From an uncultured delta proteobacterium (GTDB lineage: Bacteria; Myxococcota_A; Polyangia; Polyangiales; Polyangiaceae), in contig CAVOKF010000003.1 in NCBI GenBank assembly GCA_963696385.1, positions 608,001 to 672,000 on the forward strand: a stretch of DNA of 64,000 nt. Reading direction: 5' to 3'. A program made the position numbers and the translations under genes. Shown here piece after piece: positions 1-10,136 of this stretch. A model generated the notes under the pieces. It was not told the DNA's origin. It was given only the letters and a program-made list of their open reading frames with translations, and did no database searches. How positions within the stretch are numbered: the stretch's first letter is position 1; each line of letters starts with the position of its first letter.

Positions 1-1203
1 CACGATCCCCAACAGCTCCGGCTCGATTACGAGCGACTGCGCATCAGCTGGGAGCTTACGCGAGACATCGGTCTCGAACGCGACCTTGATCAGCTTCTCG
101 ACAAGATTTTGCTCGCTATCTTCAAGTTCACGAAGGCGGACCGTGGCGTCATTTTGCTTCGCGAGACCGACGGAAACCTGCAACCGAGGGCGGCGCGACG
201 GCGCGACGGCAGCGACTCGCCCATCCAGGTGAGCTCGACCATCCTGAACCACGTGATCCAGGAGCGAGCAGGCGTGCTGACCCATGACGCCTCCTTGGAC
301 TTCGCCGCTTCGAAGGGCAAGTCGATGATCCTCAATCGGATCTCGAGCGCCATGGTCGTGCCTTTCTTGCACGACAATGAAAAAGAAGTCCTCGGGGTGT
401 TGTGGCTCGACTCCGAAGCGCTTGCGCAATTTCAACCCAAGGACCTCGAAGTCATCACTTCGGTCGCAGGCCAGGCATCGATGTTCATCGAGAACACCAT
501 CCTCGCGAAGAAAGTCGAACAGGAGATCGTTCTGCGGGAGCGGTTCATGCGCTTGGTCGCGCCGAACGTCGCCGAGCAAATGGTCAGCGGGAAGCTCGAA
601 GTGAAAAAAGGCGGTCAGCTGGTCTCTGAACTGAACGTCTTCAACAGCGACATCCGCGGCTTTACTGCCATGAGCGAGGGCACATCCGCCGAGACTCTCG
701 TCGAAATGCTCAACGAGTACTTCGAGCTCATGGTCGAGACCGTATTCAAATACGAGGGGACGCTCGACAAGTTCATGGGCGACGGGATCATGGCCTTTTG
801 GGGGGCCCCTCTTGCGCACCGCGACGACACGATTCGGTGCGTGCACTGCGCCCTCGATCAAATGCACGTGCTCGGCCGCTTCAATCGGCAACGAGTCGGC
901 GAGGGCAAGCCCCCGATCGCGGTCGGCTTCGGTATCCACACGGGGCCGGGCGTGGTCGGCTATGTCGGTAGCTCCAAAGCGCTCTCGTATACCGTCATCG
1001 GCGATACCGCAAACACCAGCGCAAGGCTCTGCGCGAGCGCCGCGGCCGGGCAAATCGTCGTCAGCGAGTCGACGCTCGCCCGCCTTGGCGGCCGCTTCGA
1101 GATCGAAGAGATCGAACCCCGGTCGCTCAAAGGCAAAGAGAAACCGATGCGGCGGTTCAACGTCGTCCGGCAGAAAGCCAGCGCCGTGGCCATGGTTGGA
1201 TGA
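1..1203 (+). CDS. GAF domain + class III adenylate/guanylate cyclase (5' partial)
   Basis: Frame is open from base 1 (HDPQQLRLDYERLRISWELT...). GAF-like region, then cyclase motifs FNSDIRGFT, LDKFMGDGIMA and YTVIGDTANTSARL. The Lys and Thr specificity residues suggest an adenylyl cyclase. Confidence 0.9.
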   Translation, partial: HDPQQLRLDYERLRISWELTRDIGLERDLDQLLDKILLAIFKFTKADRGVILLRETDGNLQPRAARRRDGSDSPIQVSSTILNHVIQERAGVLTHDASLDFAASKGKSMILNRISSAMVVPFLHDNEKEVLGVLWLDSEALAQFQPKDLEVITSVAGQASMFIENTILAKKVEQEIVLRERFMRLVAPNVAEQMVSGKLEVKKGGQLVSELNVFNSDIRGFTAMSEGTSAETLVEMLNEYFELMVETVFKYEGTLDKFMGDGIMAFWGAPLAHRDDTIRCVHCALDQMHVLGRFNRQRVGEGKPPIAVGFGIHTGPGVVGYVGSSKALSYTVIGDTANTSARLCASAAAGQIVVSESTLARLGGRFEIEEIEPRSLKGKEKPMRRFNVVRQKASAVAMVG

Positions 1204-1227
1204 ACCTCGACGGCCGACCTCGCTTGC

Positions 1228-2685
1228 TCAGGAATGTCCGCCGAGTACGACGGTCGCCACAGATCTCGGGGGTAAAGCGACGAGGCCGCTCGGGGGAAGG
1301 CTTCCGAGCACCGACCATACTTCGGATCCCCCGGGACGATACGTCGTCCGGTAGATCGCCGATGTGACGACGGCGTAGCGTTGGGGATCGATTCGAACGT
1401 CCATCTCCGTCTGTCCGACGTTGAGCAGGACGGCCGTCAAGCGGTCGCCGGTCGGCGACAAGAACGCCGAGACCTTCAACGCGCTGACTTCGCTGCGGGC
1501 GCCGATCCGCACGTACCCCGGATCCGTAAAGCGCGCATAATGCCGCAAGGAATAGTATTGGTCTCGCACCGTATAACGGCTCCCGTCCACCGAAACGAGC
1601 CCCCCCGGCGGACGCCACAAGAGATCCCAGTACAGGAAGGCCGCCACACCCTCCTCCACCAGCGAATTGTGGATGAGCCACGCGGTTTCGAAGCCGCCTT
1701 CGATGCCGCGGTCTTCGTCCGTTTGGAATTCGGTCTGGAATAGCGGCTTGCCCTTGGCCGCCGCGACCGCACTCTTCATCGGTTGGACGTAGCTATCGGG
1801 CCCCGGACTTCGCCAGTCCCAAATGCCGTCATCGCCCTTCTCGTAGAGATGGTGGGCGACCCCGTACAGGAGGTCGAGATTCATGGCTCGGGTGTACACT
1901 TCGACTTTCTTGGCATGTACCCCCACGACCTCGGGACCCAACACTTTGGGCGGGGATGGCAAGGTCGACAGTCTCTCCTGCACGGCTTCAAGCGCGCGAT
2001 CGTAGCCTGGATACCGGTCGGTCTCGGTCGGATCGAATTTGCACCCTTCCCAGTCGGGTGGAATGAAGTCCGGCTCGTTCTGCAGGGTCACATAGTCCGG
2101 GACGATACCCAGAGACGCGTAGTGCTCGAGGGACTCCAACCAGTAGTCCGCGAACTTCTCGTAAACGAAGTGACCGTTTTCTCTGCGTAGAGTGCAATCT
2201 TCGTTGCCTCGGCACCGCTCCTGACCATTGGCCTTCAGCCCTGCAGGGGGCGACCACGAGCTCAGCATGATCTTTGGGCGCGATCCGAGCGCTTCCGTCG
2301 CGCGACGCAGAATCTCGGCTTCCTGCGCCAGATCGCCATCACCCGGTTCGCTGCGCCGGTGGCGATTGCGGAAGCGCAGGATATCGAGGCCGAGATCCGG
2401 AAACAGCACCCTGTACAGGTCCGCGGGCGTCGCGCCGACGGCGAGGTCGATGTTGAACGCCACGGAGGCCCCGAACCCCTCCAGCGTCTGATGGCGCTCC
2501 GCCGAGAAGAGCGAGACTACCGCAACCGGTGCCCGATTTGCCGGACCCACGGGCTCAGGGGACCCTGCCGGAGGTCCCGCCTGGATGCATGAGACGAGGA
2601 CGATCGCAGTCGATCGACGTGCGTAATGGCCCAACCGCTGCACGCGGGAAGCATACGAAGACGCGTGCCGCAGTGCATGCGTCAT
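1228..2685 (-). CDS. Glycoside hydrolase family 30 (glucuronoxylanase-like), probably exported or a lipoprotein
   Basis: Motifs QTLEGFGAS, SSWSPP, LQNEPD (acid/base Glu), FQTEF (nucleophile), AFLYW and HYARF; C-terminal beta domain. Confidence 0.85.
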   Translation of the reverse strand: MTHALRHASSYASRVQRLGHYARRSTAIVLVSCIQAGPPAGSPEPVGPANRAPVAVVSLFSAERHQTLEGFGASVAFNIDLAVGATPADLYRVLFPDLGLDILRFRNRHRRSEPGDGDLAQEAEILRRATEALGSRPKIMLSSWSPPAGLKANGQERCRGNEDCTLRRENGHFVYEKFADYWLESLEHYASLGIVPDYVTLQNEPDFIPPDWEGCKFDPTETDRYPGYDRALEAVQERLSTLPSPPKVLGPEVVGVHAKKVEVYTRAMNLDLLYGVAHHLYEKGDDGIWDWRSPGPDSYVQPMKSAVAAAKGKPLFQTEFQTDEDRGIEGGFETAWLIHNSLVEEGVAAFLYWDLLWRPPGGLVSVDGSRYTVRDQYYSLRHYARFTDPGYVRIGARSEVSALKVSAFLSPTGDRLTAVLLNVGQTEMDVRIDPQRYAVVTSAIYRTTYRPGGSEVWSVLGSLPPSGLVALPPRSVATVVLGGHS

Positions 2686-2767
2686 CGGGCCACCCGGACG
2701 TCAAAACGACCGACTTCGGTGCCGGACCGGCCGAGCCACGGCCACGGTCCCCGTCCAGGAGCCCGGC

Positions 2768-5188
2768 TCAATACGGCGGGGCCGCATAGATGTATCCGCG
2801 CCCCGACGTCGTCGCATACACACGGCCGAACACGCTTTCGTCGCCGGCAATGAAACAAGCACCGCACCAGCCGTATTGGTGGGCCGCGTCGTTGATCTGA
2901 GTCCAGGAGGTCCCCATTCCGTCATCGGACCGGAAGAAGCCGTATTGGCCTTGCACGGTCCCCGTCAGGAACACCGCGGGATGCGTTTGCCCCGTGGCCG
3001 CCATGCCGAAGCCCACCGCGTAGGGAGTCGTCACGTTGGCGACGACGGCGCTCGTGGCTCCGGCGTCCGTAAAGCGGTAGAGGCTCCCGCCGCTCGAGGC
3101 AATCCACACTTCGCCGGCCACTCCAAACACCGTGCGTGGTGCACCCGATCCGGTGAACGTGTTTGCGACCCTGAACGTGGCTCCGCCGTTGGTGCTGACG
3201 TACAAGTTCCCGCCGCTCGTCGCGTAGAACGTACCGGCGGTCACCCGATCGGAGGCCAGCAGGGCCCCGGACGGCAATCCGGTCGAAGCCGTCCACGTCA
3301 CGCATTGGTTGGTGGTGTACGCTGGACTCCCATAGCCAGCGTACGGAGAAACGACGAAGCCGCTGCCATCGGCTGCCACCGCCACGGACTGCATCTCCGA
3401 AGCCGTCGTGTACCCCGCAGGAGCGGAAGGGCACGGAGTCCAGGTCTGACCGTTGTCGTTCGAGTAGGCTACGTCCGACGCAACCATGCCGCTGTTGCCG
3501 ACCCGCACGACGAAGTTCGTGTTGCTCTCGGCAAAGTCAATCCCGTTGGTCTGGCTAAAGAGGGGGGTCAGGTACTCTCCCGTGGTCGAGTAGGTGTCGA
3601 GGCTCGTGTTGCGCATCCCGCCGAGATCTTTGATCGCCCCCAAGAAAGCGCCCTTGATGGCTGGCATCAGGTATTGGGGCACGGTCTCCTCGAGACCTTC
3701 GTCCAGAAAGGCCCAGGTAATGCCCTGGGCATTGGCGCCCGTGGCACCCATGATGTTGGTACTGACCCACACCCCCGCGCCCGTCCCGTACATCGCCCGG
3801 TTGGAGTCGAAGGGGTCGATCGCAAGCGCCTCGACCCAGTTGGTGGCGCCCGTGCCGATGTACATTCCGCCCGACATCCAATACTCGGCTCCCTCGATGT
3901 CGTAGGTGTCGAGGCCGGTCGTGTTGTACGAGACTTGCGGCTCTGCGATGAGGGTCCAGGTGGTGCCGCCATCGACGGTGCCGAGAATGCAGTCGGGTTG
4001 ATACGAGTCGAGTGTCGAAACGATGACGTGCTGCGCGTTCTGTGCGTCGACGCTGATTCCGCCCGCCATCCCGGCCCAATGGCTCGGAGGCGTGACGTTG
4101 GTCCACGTCCCGGCGGCGGTCGCGTACTTCCAGACCTGTCCGCTGAGCGTGCCGCCACCCACGTTGTAGGGCCCGTAGTCGCTCGAATACGCGAGCCAAA
4201 GCGTCCCATCGCTGCCCAGGGAAGCGTGGTGTACCATGAGGCCGGAGGGCCCACCGGCCACCTCAGCCCAGGTCGTCCCCCCGTTCGTCGTTTGATAGAG
4301 GTTGCTCCCGGTGCTCGTGCTCGCGGCGGCCACGTAAATGTTTGTCGAGCCCGACGTGGTTCCGCCCTGCTTGTCGAAGAGGACGATGGGCAGCCCGTAG
4401 GTGGCATCGCCTTGAGTCGGAAAGGTGGCTACGACGGCCCACGATGAACCGGAATCGGTACTCTTGTACAGGCCACCGGTTCGGGTCCCGAAAAGAAGAA
4501 TGGAGTTGTTGTTCGGATCGACGGCCAGGCGCTCGCCCATTCCACGCCCCGTTTCGTTGCCGCCCATGGGCAACGGAAACGGGTTTACGGTCCACGTATT
4601 TCCCTGATCGGTCGACCGCAGGATCACGCCGTTGCCTTGGCCGGTAAGGTATGTCCCTCCCGCGGCGTAGACGATGTTGGCGTCCGTCGGATCGGGCGCG
4701 ATGCTCTCACCGCCCATGTCATTGCCTTGGGACACGGACAAGAAATCGGTCAACGGAATCCAGCGGGTGTTGGCGTCGTCCCAGCGGTAGAAGCCCCCGA
4801 CGTCCGTGCGGGCATACGCCAAGCCCTGTTGCGCCGGGCTGAAGACGATGCCGTCGACGAAGCCGCCGCCCCCAATCGCGATACTGTTCCAGCCCGTCAG
4901 GGCCGCCCCGGCATCTGCGCCGCCGGAACTTCCGCTGGCGGAAGAGCCGTCGGGTTGAACGCTCGCGTCGGTCGACGAGCTCGAGTTGCTGCCAGCGCCC
5001 GAGGCGGAAGACCGGGACGACGCCGTCGAGGCGGCCGATGTCGTCGAGCCGGTCGAAGAAGACGTCGCCGTCTGGTCCCGTTGCGTGTTTCCGGCCGTGC
5101 TGGAACCGCAGCCTCCGCTTGCGGAGGCAAAAACGGCGAGCGCCGTGCCGGCAAGCACCCATCTCACTGCAAGGCGAACGGTCGTCAT
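2768..5188 (-). CDS. Glycoside hydrolase family 74 xyloglucanase-like lipoprotein
   Basis: IGGGGFVDGI, YARTDVGGFYRW, GRGMGERLAVDPN, repeated Asp-boxes (SxDxGxTW) and GRVYATTSGRG. Signal peptide with Cys, followed by a Ser/Thr linker. Confidence 0.9.
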   Translation of the reverse strand: MTTVRLAVRWVLAGTALAVFASASGGCGSSTAGNTQRDQTATSSSTGSTTSAASTASSRSSASGAGSNSSSSTDASVQPDGSSASGSSGGADAGAALTGWNSIAIGGGGFVDGIVFSPAQQGLAYARTDVGGFYRWDDANTRWIPLTDFLSVSQGNDMGGESIAPDPTDANIVYAAGGTYLTGQGNGVILRSTDQGNTWTVNPFPLPMGGNETGRGMGERLAVDPNNNSILLFGTRTGGLYKSTDSGSSWAVVATFPTQGDATYGLPIVLFDKQGGTTSGSTNIYVAAASTSTGSNLYQTTNGGTTWAEVAGGPSGLMVHHASLGSDGTLWLAYSSDYGPYNVGGGTLSGQVWKYATAAGTWTNVTPPSHWAGMAGGISVDAQNAQHVIVSTLDSYQPDCILGTVDGGTTWTLIAEPQVSYNTTGLDTYDIEGAEYWMSGGMYIGTGATNWVEALAIDPFDSNRAMYGTGAGVWVSTNIMGATGANAQGITWAFLDEGLEETVPQYLMPAIKGAFLGAIKDLGGMRNTSLDTYSTTGEYLTPLFSQTNGIDFAESNTNFVVRVGNSGMVASDVAYSNDNGQTWTPCPSAPAGYTTASEMQSVAVAADGSGFVVSPYAGYGSPAYTTNQCVTWTASTGLPSGALLASDRVTAGTFYATSGGNLYVSTNGGATFRVANTFTGSGAPRTVFGVAGEVWIASSGGSLYRFTDAGATSAVVANVTTPYAVGFGMAATGQTHPAVFLTGTVQGQYGFFRSDDGMGTSWTQINDAAHQYGWCGACFIAGDESVFGRVYATTSGRGYIYAAPPY

Positions 5189-5544
5189 AGGAGTGGAAAC
5201 GCCTTCGATAGGCTGCCCTCAGGCGGGAAGCGGTGCGCGCGAACTATGCCACAGCTCGCCAGTCGAGCCCATACGCGTCGGCGAGCCCGTCCCGCCTTGA
5301 ATTCGGGCGGCGGCGCGCGCCACCCGTCCACTCGTCCGCGCTTCCCAGGCAGGTCACCGATCGGACAACAGTAGAACATGACTAACAAATGCCGGGCTGA
5401 CGAGGCGGGAGCTGAATGCGACAGCCGCGACCCCTCGACGGGGCCACGAAGCCCCGGCACGCAGAGCCGGCCGTCCCTGGCCGCTCCGAGCCCACCCGGA
5501 GAGAGTCGATGTAGGCCTTCTCGTGCTAGCTTGGGAGCGGTCGG

Positions 5545-6507
5545 ATGTCCGCCGCGAGCTACGTGCTGCCATTCGAGAAGCCGATCGTCGATCTGGTCGC
5601 GCGAGTCCGCGAGCTCCGCACCATGGCGCGAAATGACGGGGCGCTCGAGCCCGAGCTGCGGCGACTCGAAGAAAGGGCGTCGAAGCTCGCGCGCGAGCTC
5701 TTCGCCGATCTCAAGCCGTGGCAAAAAGTGCAGCTTTCGCGACACCCCAATCGACCCTATATGCTCGACTACGTCGAGCGCATGTGCGAGGACTTCGTCG
5801 AGCTCCGTGGGGATCGGCGCTTTGGTGATGACGCCGCAATCGTATCCGGGCTAACTCGCTTCCACGGTCGATCGGTCGTGGTGGTCGGCCACCAGAAAGG
5901 GCGGAGCACCAAGGAGAAAGTGGCTCGCAACTTCGGCCAGGCCAACCCCGAGGGGTACCGCAAGGCCCTTCGCATGTACGAAATGGCGAGCCGTTTTGGA
6001 TTGCCCATTCTCACCCTCATCGACACGGCCGGAGCGTATCCCGGCATTGGCGCGGAGGAGCGTGGGCAGAGCGAAGCGATCGGTGCCTGCCTGGCGGCGA
6101 TGTCCCGGGCGCGGGTGCCGATCGTCGCCACCATCATCGGCGAAGGCGGCAGCGGCGGAGCGCTGGCCCTCGGCGTCGCAAACCGCGTTTTGGTACTCGA
6201 ATACGGTACTTACAGCGTCATCTCGCCGGAGGGCGGAGCGTCCATCTTATGGAAGGACGGATCGAAGGCCGATGAAGCTGCCGTTCGCTTCAAGATGACA
6301 GCACCGGACCTACTGCGGCTCAAGGTGGTCGACAGCATCGTCGAAGAACCGGCGGGCGGAGCCCATCAGGATCACGACGCCGCAGCACGACTGGTCGAGG
6401 CCGCGATTTCCCGCGCCCTTCACGAGGTGGATGCGCTCGGCGGGCCGGACGAGTGGGTGGAGCATCGCTACCAACGGTTCCGCACGATGGGCGCGTTCGG
6501 TACATGA
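5545..6507 (+). CDS. accA: Acetyl-CoA carboxylase carboxyltransferase alpha subunit
   Basis: LPFEKPI, RHPNRPY, GDRRFGDD, GAEERGQSEAI, GEGGSGGAL and YSVISPEG. Confidence 0.97.
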   Translation: MSAASYVLPFEKPIVDLVARVRELRTMARNDGALEPELRRLEERASKLARELFADLKPWQKVQLSRHPNRPYMLDYVERMCEDFVELRGDRRFGDDAAIVSGLTRFHGRSVVVVGHQKGRSTKEKVARNFGQANPEGYRKALRMYEMASRFGLPILTLIDTAGAYPGIGAEERGQSEAIGACLAAMSRARVPIVATIIGEGGSGGALALGVANRVLVLEYGTYSVISPEGGASILWKDGSKADEAAVRFKMTAPDLLRLKVVDSIVEEPAGGAHQDHDAAARLVEAAISRALHEVDALGGPDEWVEHRYQRFRTMGAFGT

Positions 6508-6794
6508 CGCGGCCCTCGCCGGGGAACTGAGACGTCGGCCCCGCCATCCCGCAAAGTCCGGGGAAGTGACCGCAACCTAAAAAAATCAACCGATGGAATG
6601 ACGCATCGAGTCGCGCGCGGCCTCTCGGTTGGCTACACTGCCTCAGCCACAGCTGAATCCCGGTGCAATCGTCATCATTTTCTTGACGCGAGACGTCTTC
6701 CTGATCGACGGCTAATGCGATCATCGGAAAAATTCTACCTCAGTCCGGCGGCCCCTTTGCCGCGGTGGTAGCCATCGGAGAGCGGGGAGCACAC

Positions 6795-8354
6795 ATGGAG
6801 GCAGGTCAAACGATCGCAGGCAAGTATCGCCTGAACCGACCGCTGGGCGCGGGTGGAATGGCGTCGGTCTGGTCGGCCACAAACGTCTACACGGACCGAC
6901 AATTCGCCATCAAGTTCATGCTCCCGCAAGTCGCGGGCACGCCGGAAGCGGCACGCCGGTTCCTGCGCGAGGCGAAGGTCAGCGGGCGCATCAACCATCC
7001 CAATATCATCGAGGTGATCGACGTCGGACAAGCGCAGGACGGTGCGCTGTTCCTGGTGATGGAGCTTCTCAGCGGTCTATCGCTCGACGCCGCCGTGCGA
7101 CGGCGGAATCCTCCGATGACCGTACGCGACTTTTTGGCCATCATGCGCGACGTCGCGAGTGCGCTCGGAGCGGCCCACGCCGCTGGCGTCATCCACCGCG
7201 ATCTGAAGCCTACCAACATTTTTCTGCACACGGACCGCAACGGGAAGGTCGTACCTAAGCTGCTCGACTTTGGCGTCAGCAAGGTTCTCGAGGAGGGACG
7301 CGAGGGCCTCACGGCGGTCGGAACCGTGCTCGGTTCTCCCCTGTACATGAGCCCGGAACAGGCCATGGGGGCCGACGGAATCGACGGACGAACCGACGTG
7401 TTCGCGTTCGGTGCGATCCTCTTCGAGGCACTGTGCGGACGTCGCGCGTATTCGGGCGCCAATCTGCATGCACTCATCGTCGCCATCGCGACCACGGCGC
7501 CAAGAAATATCGACGACCTGGCACCCGAACTGCCGCCGACACTTCGGGCCCTCATTCGCGAATGCATGGCGAGAGACAAGGCGCAGCGACTGGCGTCGTT
7601 CCAAGTGGTCGCCGAGCGGCTTACCGCGGTGATCGATCACCTCGAGGCACCCGACCGCCGGCTTCCGGACGCATCTCAAGGAAGCCTCCCGGAGGAGGGC
7701 AAGACGCCGCGTCCGAACGAACCGAACCACAACCGCACCGGCGAGCGCGCCGCCCCGCCTGCGGCCGGAGACTCCGGAGGCACGTCGCCCCCCATCTCCA
7801 TCCCCATGTCTGCCCCCGTGTTGGCGCCGCCCGGCTTGGCTCGACCTCGTGGTCGTTTCGTATCCCGCGCTCTAGGGTATGCCCGAGTGGGGCTCCCTTC
7901 GGCGACGGGGGTGCTTGCGTTCTTGGCCCTCGTCGTTGCGGTCGCCGGACTGGTGCGTCGCGGTGGGTCCCCGCATGCCGAGACGGCGGGGCTCAGGCCT
8001 GCGACCGCCGCTCCGACGGTTCCGCTCGCCGAGGGGCTGAGCCCGTTGGCCGGATCGGAGCCATCGCGAAACGTCCCGACGGTCTCCGTCGACGCATTGC
8101 CCGTGGCCGCTCATGCGATTGCCTCGCGTGCGAGAAACGGCGGGCGACTCAGTATCGCCGCCACCCCTGGGTCTTGTTCGGTCTCGATCGACGGCATCCC
8201 ACACGGCGTCACTCCCACGCGCGGTCTCGAGGTGAGCGCCGGTACGCATCACGTCGAATGCGTGACGCCGAGCGGGCAGCCAAAGACCGCCACGGTCACG
8301 GTGAGCGAAGGAAGCGAGTCGCGCTACCGATTCACGCTCCCCGATGAGCCGTGA
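6795..8354 (+). CDS. Ser/Thr protein kinase with TM helix and C-terminal PEGA-like domain
   Basis: GAGGMASVW, AIK, HRDLKPTN, DFG and YMSPEQ; Pro-rich linker; hydrophobic helix; PEGA-like C-terminus. ATG 6795 follows GGGGAG. Confidence 0.92.
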   Translation: MEAGQTIAGKYRLNRPLGAGGMASVWSATNVYTDRQFAIKFMLPQVAGTPEAARRFLREAKVSGRINHPNIIEVIDVGQAQDGALFLVMELLSGLSLDAAVRRRNPPMTVRDFLAIMRDVASALGAAHAAGVIHRDLKPTNIFLHTDRNGKVVPKLLDFGVSKVLEEGREGLTAVGTVLGSPLYMSPEQAMGADGIDGRTDVFAFGAILFEALCGRRAYSGANLHALIVAIATTAPRNIDDLAPELPPTLRALIRECMARDKAQRLASFQVVAERLTAVIDHLEAPDRRLPDASQGSLPEEGKTPRPNEPNHNRTGERAAPPAAGDSGGTSPPISIPMSAPVLAPPGLARPRGRFVSRALGYARVGLPSATGVLAFLALVVAVAGLVRRGGSPHAETAGLRPATAAPTVPLAEGLSPLAGSEPSRNVPTVSVDALPVAAHAIASRARNGGRLSIAATPGSCSVSIDGIPHGVTPTRGLEVSAGTHHVECVTPSGQPKTATVTVSEGSESRYRFTLPDEP

Positions 8355-9174
8355 CGAAGCGCTGCACCGCGCCATCGGCGACGCCTGCCTAGGCGTGGAT
8401 GCGGGCGAAGAGATCGCACGCGACTTGCCAGGCTTTCTCATCGCGCGCGGCGTCAAAGGCCATGACGTGGCTTCCTCTCTCAGCCATCGACGAGGGCTCG
8501 CCGTGTATCGGAGCTTGGTTCGAAACGGACTCTCGAGCGTCGCTTTGGGCCGACTGTCACGCACGCGCGCCCGTCTGAACGGCGCTTGCGAGGGACGCTT
8601 CGATGAGGATCTCGCCCAGTTTCTCGCCGAACGCGGACCCCGGACGCGCTACCTTCGAGACGTTCCCGCCGAGTTCTTCGCGTGGGCGGTGGCGGGATGG
8701 ATTGCAGACCCTCGAGTGCCCCGATATTTGCCCGATCTGGCTCGGTATGAGCTCGCCTGCTTCGACCTGGCAACCTTCGAACATGCGCGGCCACCGGAGC
8801 CGCTCGCGGCCGTGGCGCTCGACCGAGCCCTCGTGTTTGCGCCATCGACGCGGATCCGACGCTACGCCTGGGCCATTCACGAGTTGCACGATGCCGGCGA
8901 CTCGACCGAGACGCCGGCTTGCCTCGATGTCAGCCTGCTCGGGTACCGGGACAGCGAACACGTCGTCCGCTGGCTCGCCCTCACTCCACTGGCGGCAGAC
9001 ATCGTCGACCGACTCCTTGGGGGGGAGCCCGTGGGACAAGCGATCGAACGAGCCTGTGAAGCATCGCACGCCTCGGCGGATCGGGACGAGATGGCACGGT
9101 TGTTCGCCGATCTGGCCAACCGGGGCGTCCTCCTCGGCGCAAAAGAGCATGGACCCAAGTCGAACGACGTCTAG
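8344..9174 (+). CDS. DUF2063/HvfC-BufC-like partner protein of MNIO (DUF692) enzymes
   Basis: Motifs GLAVYRSLV, FLAERGPRTRYLRDVPAEF, YLPDLARYELA, YAWAIH and LADLANRGVL match my recollection of the MNIO partner family. It abuts the DUF692 gene. Confidence 0.8.
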   Translation: MSRDEALHRAIGDACLGVDAGEEIARDLPGFLIARGVKGHDVASSLSHRRGLAVYRSLVRNGLSSVALGRLSRTRARLNGACEGRFDEDLAQFLAERGPRTRYLRDVPAEFFAWAVAGWIADPRVPRYLPDLARYELACFDLATFEHARPPEPLAAVALDRALVFAPSTRIRRYAWAIHELHDAGDSTETPACLDVSLLGYRDSEHVVRWLALTPLAADIVDRLLGGEPVGQAIERACEASHASADRDEMARLFADLANRGVLLGAKEHGPKSNDV

Positions 9175-10136
9175 ATTTGTGCGCGCCCATGTTCTGCGCG
9201 CGCCCCGTCCGTCGTTGCATCGGTCGCGTCGAAGGATCTCCAGATGGCGCGAATGCGCATCAGCTCGTCGATTAGCTCAGCCAAAGGCGGGACATTCCGA
9301 TCACGCTCCAGAACGATCGGCACGGGCCCGGTTCGCGCGAGGACGCGTCGAAGAAGGCCAAGCACCGGCGGGGGTGCGGTGGCCCCGTGGGTATCGACGA
9401 TCATCGCGCCGGGAGAGCCCGCGGACTGCCGGTCGCCCAGGCCCCGATCGTCGACTGCGAACCATTCGTGACCCGCTACATGGATCTCCACGACGCGTTC
9501 GAGCGGTGCAGCGCGCATCCAGGCGTCCACATCGAAACCGAAGTTCGATGCGTTGACGTACGCGTTGTTGACGTCCAAGAGGAGACTGCAATCGGCCTCG
9601 TGGCATACGCTGGAAAGGAATTCCGGCTCACTCAGATCGGCGCGACCGGGATGCCAGTAGTAGCTCACGTTCTCGACCGCGAGCGGGCGGCGGATTGCGT
9701 CGCGCGCCCTTCGAATGCGGTCGGCGATCCGCGTGACGTTGCTGCGCGTGAAGGCCACAGGCAAAAGCTCGTGCAGAACGCGACCCCCGGCTTCACAAAA
9801 GCACAGGTGATCCGAATGCCAGGGCGCGCCCACGCGATCGAGCACAACGGCCAGCTCGCCAAGATGGCGTTGGTCGAGGGGCTCCAGTCCCCCCAGCGAG
9901 AGGGTCAGGCCGTGCGTCACGATCGGAAACCGATCCGCGACCCATTCGAGAGCGGCCGCAACCGACCCACCGCGTCGCACGTAGTTTTCCGGCGTTATTT
10001 CGAAAAAATCGATCGGGACCGCGGACGATGGCAAAGCGCAAGATCGCTCACCACCCGACGCGCTGCCCTTCTGAATCAACTCGTCGACGAAGTCCCAGCG
10101 AAGGCCGAGCCCCACGCCCCGGACAGGACTCGTCAC
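9171..10136 (-). CDS. DUF692 family multinuclear non-heme iron-dependent oxidative enzyme (MNIO)
   Basis: GVGLGLR, FFEITPENY, HGLTLSLG, WHSDHLC, LAVENVSYY, LLDVNNAYVN, EIHVAGH, VDTHG and VLERD: the characteristic metal-ligand motifs are all present. Confidence 0.95.
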   Translation of the reverse strand: MTSPVRGVGLGLRWDFVDELIQKGSASGGERSCALPSSAVPIDFFEITPENYVRRGGSVAAALEWVADRFPIVTHGLTLSLGGLEPLDQRHLGELAVVLDRVGAPWHSDHLCFCEAGGRVLHELLPVAFTRSNVTRIADRIRRARDAIRRPLAVENVSYYWHPGRADLSEPEFLSSVCHEADCSLLLDVNNAYVNASNFGFDVDAWMRAAPLERVVEIHVAGHEWFAVDDRGLGDRQSAGSPGAMIVDTHGATAPPPVLGLLRRVLARTGPVPIVLERDRNVPPLAELIDELMRIRAIWRSFDATDATTDGARAEHGRAQI

